Assembly: GCA_016745035.1 (NCBI GenBank)
Contig: JADGDE010000005.1
Coordinates: 29,032-93,031 of the forward strand
Direction: 5' to 3'
DNA: 64,000 nucleotides
Origin: Thiotrichales bacterium
GTDB taxonomy: Bacteria; Pseudomonadota; Gammaproteobacteria; Beggiatoales; Beggiatoaceae
Part shown: positions 30,884 to 40,864 of the stretch, piece after piece
How positions within the stretch are numbered: position 1 is the first letter of the stretch
Layout: each line of letters opens with the position of its first letter
The notes under the pieces: model-generated
What the model was told of the DNA's origin: nothing
What the model saw: only the letters and a program-made list of their open reading frames with translations
Database searches by the model: none
Program-made: the position numbers and the translations under genes

Positions 30884-33118
30884 TTAGCTTTTTTTCTGCA
30901 AGCTCTTCAACACGCTTTTAATCGTATCGCGTTGCTCAGCGCTGCTATTTTTCAATAGCTGGCTTAAAAACGCTGAGGCGCTGAGGTTGGATAGGTCTTC
31001 GCTAGAGACACCTGTCAGAACAGTTTTTAAATCCTCGGTAAAGCTGGCTTTATCATTGAGATAATCTTTTAATAAGGCTTGCCCGGTTTGGCTGTTATCC
31101 ATAAAACTATCGACGGCTTTTGCTTGTGAAGTTGCGCCGACTAAGCGGTCAAAGAACATTTGTTCGCCGCCGACAATATCAATATCGGCATGTTTAAGTG
31201 CCTCGGCGAGAATTTCAGCACGTTTATTAGCCACGGCTTCTTGTCCTTGCCAATCAATTGCCAAGCGTTTGCGCTCTTGTTCCTGCTCAAGGCGGAATTC
31301 TTCGTGGGCGCGACCTTTATCGCTAAGGGCATCCAGTGCTTTGAATTTCTCTGCCAAACCGGCGGCCTCGGCTTCGAGTTGGGCTTGTAGAGCGTGGGCT
31401 TCGGCAATGCCTTGTTTTTCGGTGGCGGCCGCTTCTGCCTCTTTACCGCTTGCCTCAGCAAGTAAGCGCTCAAGCTCGGCTTTCGCCTCGGCAACACCGA
31501 GTTTTTCTACCGCTACTGCATCGGCTTCTTTACCACTGGCCTCGGCTTGCATTTGTTCTAAATGGGCTTTGGCTTGGGCTGTGCCTTGTTTTTCAATCGC
31601 GACGGCTTCAGCTTCTTTGACCCGAACGGTTGCCAGCCCGAGTTGTTCTTTACCACTGGCTTCGGCTTGGAATTTATCCAAGCTGGCTTTGGCCTCGGCT
31701 GCGCCTTGTTTTTCAATTGCCAGCGCATTGGCTTCTTTAACCCGGACAGTAGCTAAACCCTCGGCCGCTGCATCGGCTTGTTTACCCTCGGCAAGGCGCA
31801 TTTGCGCTTGGGCTTGTTTGTCCGCGACTTCGCGCTCAGCTTCAGCTAGAGCAATTTGTTCTTGTGCGCGATAACGCGCCGCTTGTTCACTCGCCTCGGC
31901 GGCTTTGATGTCTTTAACCAAGCCCTCTTCTGCCTCAGCCTCGGCTTGAATTACCAGTGATTTTTTCGTCCGTTCAGCTTCGGAGACTAAGCGCAGTTCT
32001 TTGATTTGTTCTTCTTCTTGTGCCACGGTTTTTTCAACCGAAATTCGTTCACGAATCACAGCGGCAATTTCACGGCGTTCTTGTTCTAGGGCTTTTTCTT
32101 TGGCAATTTCTTGCAAGGCAATTTCACGTTCACGGGCAACGATTTCTTGCTCTTGCGCTAATTTGACTCGCTCTTGTTCAATCGCGACTACCCGTTGACG
32201 GTTTTGTTCCGCCACTTCAACTTCGCGGATTTTATTGGTGTTACGGACTTCAATTTCTTCTTCAGTCTGTAAGCGGGCATGTTCGCTGCGTTTTTTCTCC
32301 TCAGAGGCAACGCTGTCAATTTCGGCTTGTTCTTTGGCACGGACATTAGCAATTTCACGTTGTTGTTTTGCTTCGGCATCGGCTTGGCGGCGTTCCATTT
32401 CTAATACCGCTTCCTTGGCAACCACGTTTTGTTGGGTGATTTTCATCCGCTCTTGGTTTTCAAATTCGTTGGTTTGTACGTGTTGAATCGCGGTGAGTTC
32501 GGTAATTTTGCGAATCCCTTGGGCATCGAGGATATTATCGGGGTCGAGGGAATCAACCGGGGTTTGTTCGAGGTAATCAATCGCCGCATCTTCTAGCACA
32601 TAGCCGTTGAGGTCTTTGCCGATGATTTCGATAATTTTATCGCGGAAGGAATCGCGTTCTTTATAAAGGTCTTCAAATTGGAGTTGTTTACCGACAGTTT
32701 TTAGCGCCTCGGAGAATTTAGCGTTAAACAATTCATTCATGGTTTCGCGGTCGGAGGCGCGCTCGCAACCAATCGCCTGTGCAACCCGTAGCACGTCATC
32801 ACCGGTTTTATTCACGCGCACAAAGAAGGTGACTTTAATATCGGCACGGATGTTATCTCCGCAAATCAAGCCTTCGTGTCCACGGCGGTCGATTTCTATG
32901 GTTTTGAGAGAAATATCCATGACTTCGGCTTTGTGGACAATAGGAAAAACCACCGCCCCAGAAAAAGTGACGGACACATCTCGTATTTTATTAACAATCA
33001 GCGCCTTGCCTTGTTCAACCTTTCGATAAAATTTCATCATTGCAAATAAAATAGTGCCGATAATCAGGCCTGCGAGTGCCACAATACTGAAAAAGAACAA
33101 AGGCGTGAAGTTCATCAT
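30884..33118 (-). CDS. Flotillin-like SPFH/band-7 protein with a long EA-rich coiled coil (YqiK-like)
   Basis: N-terminal transmembrane segment plus SPFH domain, then about 450 aa of repeated ...AEASGKE...A.EKQG.AEAKA... heptad-like repeats. Confidence 0.8.
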   Translation of the reverse strand: MMNFTPLFFFSIVALAGLIIGTILFAMMKFYRKVEQGKALIVNKIRDVSVTFSGAVVFPIVHKAEVMDISLKTIEIDRRGHEGLICGDNIRADIKVTFFVRVNKTGDDVLRVAQAIGCERASDRETMNELFNAKFSEALKTVGKQLQFEDLYKERDSFRDKIIEIIGKDLNGYVLEDAAIDYLEQTPVDSLDPDNILDAQGIRKITELTAIQHVQTNEFENQERMKITQQNVVAKEAVLEMERRQADAEAKQQREIANVRAKEQAEIDSVASEEKKRSEHARLQTEEEIEVRNTNKIREVEVAEQNRQRVVAIEQERVKLAQEQEIVAREREIALQEIAKEKALEQERREIAAVIRERISVEKTVAQEEEQIKELRLVSEAERTKKSLVIQAEAEAEEGLVKDIKAAEASEQAARYRAQEQIALAEAEREVADKQAQAQMRLAEGKQADAAAEGLATVRVKEANALAIEKQGAAEAKASLDKFQAEASGKEQLGLATVRVKEAEAVAIEKQGTAQAKAHLEQMQAEASGKEADAVAVEKLGVAEAKAELERLLAEASGKEAEAAATEKQGIAEAHALQAQLEAEAAGLAEKFKALDALSDKGRAHEEFRLEQEQERKRLAIDWQGQEAVANKRAEILAEALKHADIDIVGGEQMFFDRLVGATSQAKAVDSFMDNSQTGQALLKDYLNDKASFTEDLKTVLTGVSSEDLSNLSASAFLSQLLKNSSAEQRDTIKSVLKSLQKKS

Positions 33119-33127
33119 AATAACTCT

Positions 33128-33841
33128 CTAGGTCGGATTAACAATTAAACGGGTTTGAATCGCCTCTAGGGCTGCCATTGGCTCGGGGGCTTCGGTGATA
33201 GGGCGACCGATAACCAAGTAATGGCTGCCTTGGGCAATGGCTTGTTCGGGCGTGGTAATGCGTTGTTGGTCGTGGCGGACACTGCCTGCTGGACGAATGC
33301 CGGGGGTGACTAAGATAAATTTGTCCCCTAGCTCGGCTTTTAATATTTCGGTTTCTTCCGGCGAGCAGACCACGCCATCGAGTTCGGCTTTATTCGCCAG
33401 TTTAGCAAGACGACGAACATTGTCTTTGGGCGAGCTATACAGCCCAACACCGACTAAATCAGCCGATTGCATACTGGTGAGAATGGTGACGGCAATCAAT
33501 AAGGGGCGATGGCTACTGCGTTCGATGCCATCACGGGCGGCCATCATCATCCGTAAGCCGCCCAAACCGTGGACGTTGAGCATCCACACGCCCATATCGG
33601 CAGCGGCATGACAGGCGGCGGCAACCGTATTGGGAATATCGTGAAATTTTAAGTCGAGAAAAACATCAAAGTCTTGGGCAATGAGTTTTTCGACTAGTTG
33701 CGGCCCTGCACGGGTAAAGAGTTCTTTACCGACTTTGACGCGGCATTCATTCGGATCGAGTTGTTGTGCTAGCGCTAAAGCAGCATCTGCTGTCGGGAAG
33801 TCTAAAGCAACAATAACAGGTTTGTGAACAGGGTGAGACAT
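33128..33841 (-). CDS. pyrF: Orotidine 5'-phosphate decarboxylase
   Basis: 237 aa. VIVALDFP...[10 protein letters not shown] motifs, with the lysine in LDLKFHDIP. Confidence 0.9.
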   Translation of the reverse strand: MSHPVHKPVIVALDFPTADAALALAQQLDPNECRVKVGKELFTRAGPQLVEKLIAQDFDVFLDLKFHDIPNTVAAACHAAADMGVWMLNVHGLGGLRMMMAARDGIERSSHRPLLIAVTILTSMQSADLVGVGLYSSPKDNVRRLAKLANKAELDGVVCSPEETEILKAELGDKFILVTPGIRPAGSVRHDQQRITTPEQAIAQGSHYLVIGRPITEAPEPMAALEAIQTRLIVNPT

Positions 33842-33970
33842 TCAAGCGTTCCCAAGGTGGACATGGAAACTGCATTATTCCAAAGCTTAGGGGGGAATGA
33901 CAAGTATTATTCGAAATTGAATGATATTTTATTGCAACGTGCGCTTATTAGACGCACGTGTAATACGGAT

Positions 33971-34360
33971 TTATTCTTGAGTCAGGGAGTCCAACTCACG
34001 GGCGCGCTCGGCCGTTTCGCGCAAGACGCAGTCGTTGGCATCAACGCGGGCTAAGGTGCCACCGTCGGGATCGTAATAAAATTTGCAATTGGCATCGCGG
34101 TATTTGTTCCAGAGCCGTTGCGCATTGCGTAGCTCGGTTTTGCGCTCTTTAGAGAGTTGTCCCATCAAGCGTTTATAGGCTTCGTTGAGGTATTTATCTT
34201 GGATTTTGGTTTCAGTTGCCAAGCATTCAATCATCGCGCTGGTGACACCTGCGGCTTTATCTAAGCATTGTCCTAAGGCTTGGCTATATAAAGGTACTTC
34301 AGCGCTTTGGGCTTGGGTGGAGAGGAGCAATAAGGCAGCAGCTAAGCTTTGTTTTAACAT
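33971..34360 (-). CDS. LprI-like periplasmic protein (DUF1311, lysozyme-inhibitor family)
   Basis: Signal peptide, then the YLNEAYKRLMGQL...QRLWNKYRDANC motif characteristic of DUF1311. Confidence 0.55.
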   Translation of the reverse strand: MLKQSLAAALLLLSTQAQSAEVPLYSQALGQCLDKAAGVTSAMIECLATETKIQDKYLNEAYKRLMGQLSKERKTELRNAQRLWNKYRDANCKFYYDPDGGTLARVDANDCVLRETAERARELDSLTQE

Positions 34361-34445
34361 GGGTATCCCGTATTTGGCTTCTTTATTTTTCCCATAACCC
34401 CATGGTTATGGGATTATTTGGTTTTTCTTTAACCATTGCCACGAT

Positions 34446-35735
34446 TTAACGCTGATCCATTGGCACATAATCGCGCACATCAGCACCAATATAAAGTTGG
34501 CGTGGACGACCAATTTTCATGCCCGGTTCTTCGAGCATTTCTTTCCATTGTGCAATCCAACCAGCACTACGTGCCACAGCAAACATCACGGTAAACATGC
34601 TGGTGGGAATATTTAAGGCGTTGAGAATAATGCCAGAATAAAAATCAACATTGGGGTAAAGTTTACGCTCGATAAAGTATTCATCTTCAAGGGCGATACG
34701 CTCAAGTTCGAGGGCAATATCAAATAAAGGTCGCTGACTGTCGTCCAAGCATTCTAAGAGTTGATGGCAGACATCGTGGATGATCTTGGCGCGCGGGTCG
34801 AAGTTTTTATAGACCCGATGCCCAAAGCCCATTAGGCGGACTTCTTTATTTTTGACTTTTTCGATATAGTTGGGGATATTTTTTGGGTCGCCTATGTCGT
34901 TGAGCATTTGAATCACGGCTTCATTTGCACCGCCGTGTGCAGCGCCCCAAAGGGTCGCAATCCCGGCTGAAATACAAGCGTAAGGGTTGGCTTGCGAACT
35001 GCCTGCTAAACGCACCGTTGAGGTACTGGCGTTTTGTTCGTGATCGGCGTGTAAAATCAGCATGATTTCTAAGGCTTTGACAGCAACCGGGTCAACATCA
35101 TCACGTTTATTGGGCATAGAGAACATCATATTGAAAAAGTTCTCGACATAGTTTAAATCATAACGGGGATCGACATAACCGCGTCCTAAGGTATAGCGCA
35201 GACATTTGGCGGCAATGGTGGGCATTTTACCGATGATGCGCTTGGCACATAAATCACGGTGTTCTGGGTTATTAATATCCATTTCATCGTGATAATAACT
35301 CGATAAACCACCGACAACCCCGACCAACATTGCCATCGGGTGGGCATCGCGACGAAAGCCATTGAAGAAGTTTAAGATACCTTCGTGTAAGACCGAGAAA
35401 CGACAAATACCTTTTTGAAAAGTTTGCATTTCGTCCGACTTGGGCAATTCTCCGTTGAGCAGCAAATAGCAAACTTCAAGGTAGGTACTTTTTTTGGCGA
35501 GTTGTTCGATAGGATAACCACGGTGCAAAAGAATGCCTTTTTCGCCATCAATGTAGGTGATAGCGCTTTCGCAACTGGCTGTGGTGACAAAAGCGGGGTC
35601 AAAGGTAAACATGCCCAGTTCATTCGGTAAGGCGCGGCTGTCGATAACGGGATGCCCTAAGGTGCCTTGCTTGACGGGACAATCGATAGTTTTGCCTGTT
35701 GTATTATCGCGAATGGTGACTGTGTTATTTCCCAT
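34446..35735 (-). CDS. gltA: Citrate synthase (type II, hexameric)
   Basis: 429 aa. [14 protein letters not shown] and the [12 protein letters not shown] catalytic motifs. Confidence 0.95.
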   Translation of the reverse strand: MGNNTVTIRDNTTGKTIDCPVKQGTLGHPVIDSRALPNELGMFTFDPAFVTTASCESAITYIDGEKGILLHRGYPIEQLAKKSTYLEVCYLLLNGELPKSDEMQTFQKGICRFSVLHEGILNFFNGFRRDAHPMAMLVGVVGGLSSYYHDEMDINNPEHRDLCAKRIIGKMPTIAAKCLRYTLGRGYVDPRYDLNYVENFFNMMFSMPNKRDDVDPVAVKALEIMLILHADHEQNASTSTVRLAGSSQANPYACISAGIATLWGAAHGGANEAVIQMLNDIGDPKNIPNYIEKVKNKEVRLMGFGHRVYKNFDPRAKIIHDVCHQLLECLDDSQRPLFDIALELERIALEDEYFIERKLYPNVDFYSGIILNALNIPTSMFTVMFAVARSAGWIAQWKEMLEEPGMKIGRPRQLYIGADVRDYVPMDQR

Positions 35736-35867
35736 CGTGATTCCTTGTATGATTGCTAAAAGTTTTAAATTTTGTCCGTGAGCGGTATTATAACGCGATT
35801 AATTTTACCGTCTCTTGCAGCAAACTGCACCATCAACACCAACGCCGCTAAAATATTAAGGCTATTC

Positions 35868-37373
35868 ATGACAATCATTAAACAAGAAGATTTTATTCAG
35901 AGTATTGCCGATGGTTTTCAATTCATCGCCTGTTATCATCCCCTAGACTACATCGACAGCCTGACAGACGCTTATCAACGTGAAGCATCACCAGCGGCTA
36001 AAGATGCCATTGCCCAAATTCTTTATAATTCTCGTCTATGTGCCACTGGGCAACGCCCCATTTGTCAAGACACGGGCATTGCCACCGTATTTCTACAAAT
36101 TGGCATGAACGTCCGTTGGGACAGCGATTTGTCTGTCACTGAAATGGTCAATGAGGGGGTACGTCGAGCCTACCTCAACCCACAGAACCCATTAAGGGCT
36201 TCGATACTACACGATCCGGCTGGTAAACGCCAAAATAGTCGTGATAATACCCCTGCGGTGGTGCATACCGAGTTGGTACAAGGCGATCGTGTCGATGTGC
36301 GTTTTGCCGCTAAAGGCGGCGGTTCTGAAAATAAAGCCAAGTTTGTTAATCTCAACCCCAGCGATGATTTGGTCGAATGGGTACTTAAGACTGTGCCAAC
36401 ATTGGGCGCAGGTTGGTGTCCACCGGGGATGCTTGGTATCGGTATTGGCGGCACAGCAGAAAAAGCCATGCTGCTTGCAAAAGAGTCTTTAATGGAGCCG
36501 GTTGATATTCAGGCATTGCAGACGCGTGGGGCACAAAATCGCGTGGAAGAATTACGCCTAGAACTGTATGAAAAAGTCAATCAACTGGGGATTGGTGCGC
36601 AAGGTTTAGGCGGTTTAACCACCGTTTTAGATGTGAAAGTTTTAGATTATCCAACCCACGCCGCTTCCTTACCAGTTGCCTTAATTCCCAATTGTGCCGC
36701 TACCCGCCATGCGCATTTTAGTTTGGATGGCTCGGGCGCACATCAATTTACGCCCCCCTCTTTGGATGCATGGCCTGATCTACAATGGCAAGCAGCAGCT
36801 GATACCCGCCGGGTTAATTTAGATAATTTAACGGCGGATGATATACAAACATGGCAAGCTGGGGAGACCGTATTACTGAGCGGGCACTTGCTCACAGGAC
36901 GGGATGCTGCGCACAAAAAAATCGCAGATTTATTGGCTAAAGGGGCATCTTTGCCAGTCGATTTCAACGACCGCTTTATTTATTATGTCGGCCCTGTGGA
37001 TGCCGTGGGCGACGAGGTCGTCGGCCCAGCAGGACCGACCACCGCCACCCGTATGGATAAATTTAGCGCTATGATGCTAGATAAGCTCGGTCTTTTGGGC
37101 ATGGTCGGTAAGGCTGAGCGTGGACAGGAGACCGTGGATTTACTCAAACAACATAAACGGGTGTATTTAATGGCGGTTGGTGGTGCAGCTTATTTGGTTT
37201 CACAAGCGATTAAGTCGGCGAAAGTGTTGGCGTTCCCAGAATTGGGCATGGAAGCGGTTTATGAATTTGAAGTCAAAGATATGCCTGTGACGGTTGCCGT
37301 CGATAGTCAAGGCACAGCGGTACATCAAACCGGGCCTAAACAATGGCAACGTATTAGTTGGAAGTCTGCATGA
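35868..37373 (+). CDS. Class I (Fe-S) fumarate hydratase, single-chain
   Basis: CQDTGIATVF N-terminal signature and collinearity of the C-terminal catalytic region with FumA/FumB/TtdAB. The Met at 35868 is preferred; the ORF opens at 35772. Confidence 0.75.
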   Translation: MTIIKQEDFIQSIADGFQFIACYHPLDYIDSLTDAYQREASPAAKDAIAQILYNSRLCATGQRPICQDTGIATVFLQIGMNVRWDSDLSVTEMVNEGVRRAYLNPQNPLRASILHDPAGKRQNSRDNTPAVVHTELVQGDRVDVRFAAKGGGSENKAKFVNLNPSDDLVEWVLKTVPTLGAGWCPPGMLGIGIGGTAEKAMLLAKESLMEPVDIQALQTRGAQNRVEELRLELYEKVNQLGIGAQGLGGLTTVLDVKVLDYPTHAASLPVALIPNCAATRHAHFSLDGSGAHQFTPPSLDAWPDLQWQAAADTRRVNLDNLTADDIQTWQAGETVLLSGHLLTGRDAAHKKIADLLAKGASLPVDFNDRFIYYVGPVDAVGDEVVGPAGPTTATRMDKFSAMMLDKLGLLGMVGKAERGQETVDLLKQHKRVYLMAVGGAAYLVSQAIKSAKVLAFPELGMEAVYEFEVKDMPVTVAVDSQGTAVHQTGPKQWQRISWKSA

Positions 37374-37984
37374 TTAGCCGTTTGCGTGGGGTGCTGGCAC
37401 AAAAACAAGCACCAAATTTACTCATTGATGTGCAAGGCGTGGGCTATGAAGTTCAAGCACCCATGTCTACTTTTTATAAATTGCCCGACCTTGAACAGGA
37501 TGTGGTGTTATACACCCATTTAAGTATTCGTGATGATGCCCATGTTTTGTTTGGCTTTGGCACGGAAACCGAGCGGCACTTTTTCAGAGCCTTAATTAAA
37601 GTCAATGGTGTTGGACCAAAACTGGCTTTGAGTATTTTATCAGGGATAGAACCTGCGGATTTTGTTCAATGTGTGCAAGCAGGCAACCATGCCCAATTGG
37701 TAAAAATCCCAGGGGTCGGGAAAAAAACCGCCGAACGTTTGATTGTAGAAATGCGCGATAAACTCGAAGATTGGCAACAACAAGGCATTGAATTACCTGT
37801 GCAAAACAATAGCAGTCCTGCGCCTTTAATTTCGGTCAGCGCCGTCGATGATGCCATTAGTGCATTGATCGCACTCGGATACCCGCCACAAAAAGCCAGC
37901 CAATGGGTACATGGTTTAGAGACTAACGGGGTTAGCAGCGAGGACTTAATTCGGCAAGCACTTAAAAATGCAGTAGTGGTATAA
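37370..37984 (+). CDS. ruvA: Holliday junction branch migration protein RuvA
   Basis: MISRLRGVL...VGYEV OB domain, two HhH motifs (GIGPKLA-like VNGVGPKLAL; IPGVGKKTAERL) and a C-terminal RuvB-binding domain. The ATGA start overlaps the fumarase stop. No ruvB follows. Confidence 0.85.
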   Translation: MISRLRGVLAQKQAPNLLIDVQGVGYEVQAPMSTFYKLPDLEQDVVLYTHLSIRDDAHVLFGFGTETERHFFRALIKVNGVGPKLALSILSGIEPADFVQCVQAGNHAQLVKIPGVGKKTAERLIVEMRDKLEDWQQQGIELPVQNNSSPAPLISVSAVDDAISALIALGYPPQKASQWVHGLETNGVSSEDLIRQALKNAVVV

Positions 37985-37992
37985 TCGCGCCC

Positions 37993-38757
37993 ATGGATGC
38001 TTTGATTTCATTTTTTTCAAAAAATATGGCCTTTGGGCTGGTTGGGCTAGTGGTGCTGCTGGTCGGAATTGCGTGGGTGATTTACCGTAGTCATCAAAAT
38101 TATCGCCAAGACATTGGCGACTTTGAACAAGAAGACTTTCCCTATTTTGATTTGGAAGATCCTTTAGATAACTCGGCACAAAAAGAAAAGGATGATCTGG
38201 ATAATCTCACTAAGCGTGCCGAGGCGGTGTTTGGACAGCAAGACGAAATTCCTGAGTTGGATGATCCGATCTTAACGCCAAATGCCCCAGAACCGCAGCC
38301 AGAGCTAACACCGCAAACATCAACACAACCGCAACAACTGATTATCAGCCTAGCGGTGCACTCGATTCAAGCACAAGGTTTTAGCAATCAAGATGTGGTT
38401 AATAGTCTGCAACAGCTCGGTTTGCAATTTGGCAAAATGCAAATTTTCCATCATTACGGCTTGGATATGAATCCTGATAATCCAGCCGTGTTCAGCGTCG
38501 CCAATATGGTCGAGCCAGGGGATTTTTCCAATCTCAATGAGCCAAGCTTTTTTAGCCCAGGTTTAGTTCTCTTTATGCAACTCCCTAATCCCTTGAGTGG
38601 TCGCGTTGCCTTTGAGTTGATGTTTAATCATGCCCAACGTCTCACAGCTTTGTTACAAGCGCAGTTAGAATGTGATCGCCACCAGCGTTTGGATGCGGCT
38701 CGAATTGATGAAATTCGTGAGCAAATTGATATGTTTGAACTAAAAAATTCAACATAA
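37993..38757 (+). CDS. zipA: Cell division protein ZipA
   Basis: N-terminal transmembrane helix, acidic region, P/Q-rich linker, and a C-terminal FtsZ-binding domain collinear with E. coli ZipA (QFGKMQIFHHYG...FSVANMVEPGDF...LFMQLP...). Confidence 0.8.
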   Translation: MDALISFFSKNMAFGLVGLVVLLVGIAWVIYRSHQNYRQDIGDFEQEDFPYFDLEDPLDNSAQKEKDDLDNLTKRAEAVFGQQDEIPELDDPILTPNAPEPQPELTPQTSTQPQQLIISLAVHSIQAQGFSNQDVVNSLQQLGLQFGKMQIFHHYGLDMNPDNPAVFSVANMVEPGDFSNLNEPSFFSPGLVLFMQLPNPLSGRVAFELMFNHAQRLTALLQAQLECDRHQRLDAARIDEIREQIDMFELKNST

Positions 38758-38998
38758 ATAAATGTTCAGATGCTAAACTAGGCACGTATATACAATCTTA
38801 TTCTAGCTTATTATTGTTGTTAAAAAATCGTGATTTAAGGGAAACTTGTATATGATTTAATCCCTTTACGCACAACAAGGTAAGTTAGTTGATTTTAGTT
38901 CGATGCCCACGCCGTAAATCAGCTAACAAGCAAATATCTAGCGTTAAATGCTAGCTAGATTAAGTTTACTGGCCATCACTTAGAATAAAAATGCGACC

Positions 38999-40849
38999 AT
39001 GACAGACCAGCATCGTTTGGCCGCCAATAATTTGGCGACAATTCCCTTATTTGCAAATGCGCACAAGCGCACGCTTGCCCGTTTATTACCTTTACTTGAG
39101 CGACAAACGTTCGAGAAAGGCGATCGGATGATTATCAGCGGTGATAATGCCGAGTATTTATATTACATTTTATCCGGTCATGTGTGCTTGAGTAACCGAG
39201 ATGATAGATGTGTTGAAATTTTAGAAAAAGGGCAATTTTTCGGCGAAGAAGCAGCGATTAATACCCATCGCTATATGTTCCATGCCGAAGCCAATGACGA
39301 TACGACGTTATTGGTTTTTCCGCGCCAAGCTTTAAAAATTTTACTAGAAGACAATCAGGATTTACGCGCCCGTTTTTATGAATCCTTTATCAACCATTGT
39401 ACCGACCCTGAAAACCCCTTTGAGTTGATAGAAAAACAATCAGCTGTCAGTACAGACGATGAAAGCCGTGTCACGGGCTGGATTTTAGCGATTTTAGTAC
39501 CGGTATTGGTTTATTATGGTGCAGATCAAGCCAAGCTCGCTTGGGCGGCGGTTAACTTCCTTGCGATTTTCTCATCAGCGGTGGTGATGTGGGTCTTTCG
39601 CCTCGTCCCTGAATATGTGCCAGCCCTCTTTATTGTCACCTCGGTTATCGTTCTGGGTTTAGTGCCGACGGATGTCATCTTGGCAGGTTATTCCTCGGGC
39701 AGTTTTTTTATGGCGTTAAGCGTCTTTGGTATTGGCGCGGTGTTGGTACAATCAGGGCTAACTTACCGCCTAGCGTTAAATATTCTTAGAATCACACCTA
39801 ATTCAGGTTTTTGGTATCAAATTTCCATGTTTTTTATCGGCTTGTTACTCACCCCGGTATTGCCTTCTGCTAATGGTCGTGCAGGACTGATTTCACCGCT
39901 GTTGGTTGATATGTCAGATATTTTAGGCTTCAAACGCGGCGGTGCTGGAGCGACTCAATTGGCAACGGCCGCTTTCGCTGGGATTAGTTTATTTTCAGCC
40001 ATCTTTTTAACTTCAAAATCGGTCAACTTTGCGCTTTTTGGTATGTTTCCGACCCAAATTAAAGACCAATTTACTTGGGGATATTGGGTCTATGCTGCGG
40101 GTGTTGCCTTTATCGTCCTTGCTGTTGGCTATTTGTTATTATCAAAACTATTTTTCCGCGAACAAGAACCCTCTCAGCTCTCTAAAGGGCAATTACGTTC
40201 ACAATTGGAAATTCTCGGACCAATGCAAGCGACTGAATGGGTGGCTTTAGGCGGGGTGGTCTTTTTTATTGTCGGGGTGATGACCGCGTCAATTCATAAA
40301 ATTCAACCGCCCTGGATTGGTTTGGCAATCCTTTATTGCTTGTTGACACTGGGTAGTATTTCCAAAAAAGGTTTCCGCCAAGACATTGATTGGCCATTTT
40401 TGTTAATGTTAGGGGGCTTTGTCGGTCTGGTTAAAACCATGTCTTACTTACAAGTCGATGCCTGGTTTGCTGAACACTTGTTGTGGGTGGGGCAATTTAT
40501 GGCGACTGACTTTAATTTATTTATCTTAATGTTGGGTATCACCATGTATCTGGTGCGTTTAGTGGTTCCCAACAGTGCCGCGATTATTTTGGTGGCATCG
40601 ATATTTATGCCGATAGCCATTCATCAAGGGATTAACCCTTGGGTGATTGCTTTTATTATCTTGATGTTCAGTGATGGCTGGTTTATGCCCTATCAATGCT
40701 CTTATTATCTGGCTTTGTTGTCTAAAACAGCCTCGCATAAACTTTTTGATCAAAAACAATTGTTGCTATTTAATGCGTGGAGTAATTTAATCCGCTTTGC
40801 GGCTGTATATCTATCCGTGCCATTTTGGCGTTCTTTGGGCTTATTATAA
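38999..40849 (+). CDS. Fusion of an N-terminal cyclic-nucleotide-binding (cNMP) domain with a C-terminal multi-pass anion-permease-like domain
   Basis: Residues 1-140 match the CAP/cNMP-binding fold (FGEEAAIN; R-containing phosphate-binding-cassette-like segment). Residues 160-616 hold about 10-12 transmembrane helices with ArsB/NhaD/DASS-superfamily character. Confidence 0.65.
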   Translation: MTDQHRLAANNLATIPLFANAHKRTLARLLPLLERQTFEKGDRMIISGDNAEYLYYILSGHVCLSNRDDRCVEILEKGQFFGEEAAINTHRYMFHAEANDDTTLLVFPRQALKILLEDNQDLRARFYESFINHCTDPENPFELIEKQSAVSTDDESRVTGWILAILVPVLVYYGADQAKLAWAAVNFLAIFSSAVVMWVFRLVPEYVPALFIVTSVIVLGLVPTDVILAGYSSGSFFMALSVFGIGAVLVQSGLTYRLALNILRITPNSGFWYQISMFFIGLLLTPVLPSANGRAGLISPLLVDMSDILGFKRGGAGATQLATAAFAGISLFSAIFLTSKSVNFALFGMFPTQIKDQFTWGYWVYAAGVAFIVLAVGYLLLSKLFFREQEPSQLSKGQLRSQLEILGPMQATEWVALGGVVFFIVGVMTASIHKIQPPWIGLAILYCLLTLGSISKKGFRQDIDWPFLLMLGGFVGLVKTMSYLQVDAWFAEHLLWVGQFMATDFNLFILMLGITMYLVRLVVPNSAAIILVASIFMPIAIHQGINPWVIAFIILMFSDGWFMPYQCSYYLALLSKTASHKLFDQKQLLLFNAWSNLIRFAAVYLSVPFWRSLGLL

Positions 40850-40864
40850 GCGGATTATTTAAGG

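Noticed and set aside
31269-31874. 201-aa Ala/Ser/Cys-rich ORF antisense to the flotillin gene
   Set aside because: It is a low-complexity reverse-strand reading of the EA-repeat coiled-coil coding region. It has no start context and the composition is artefactual.
34361-34445. Hairpin CCCATAACC-CCAT-GGTTATGGG plus T-tract, as a terminator for gltA
   Set aside because: The T-tract follows the hairpin only on the plus strand, whereas both flanking genes are on the minus strand. It may be structural but is not a convincing gltA terminator.
37358-37984. ruvA without ruvB as evidence of an assembly error
   Set aside because: The junctions (fumarase-ruvA 4-bp overlap, ruvA-zipA 8-bp gap) are clean coding transitions with good start contexts. 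ruvB is likely elsewhere in the genome. This is an unusual but plausible synteny.
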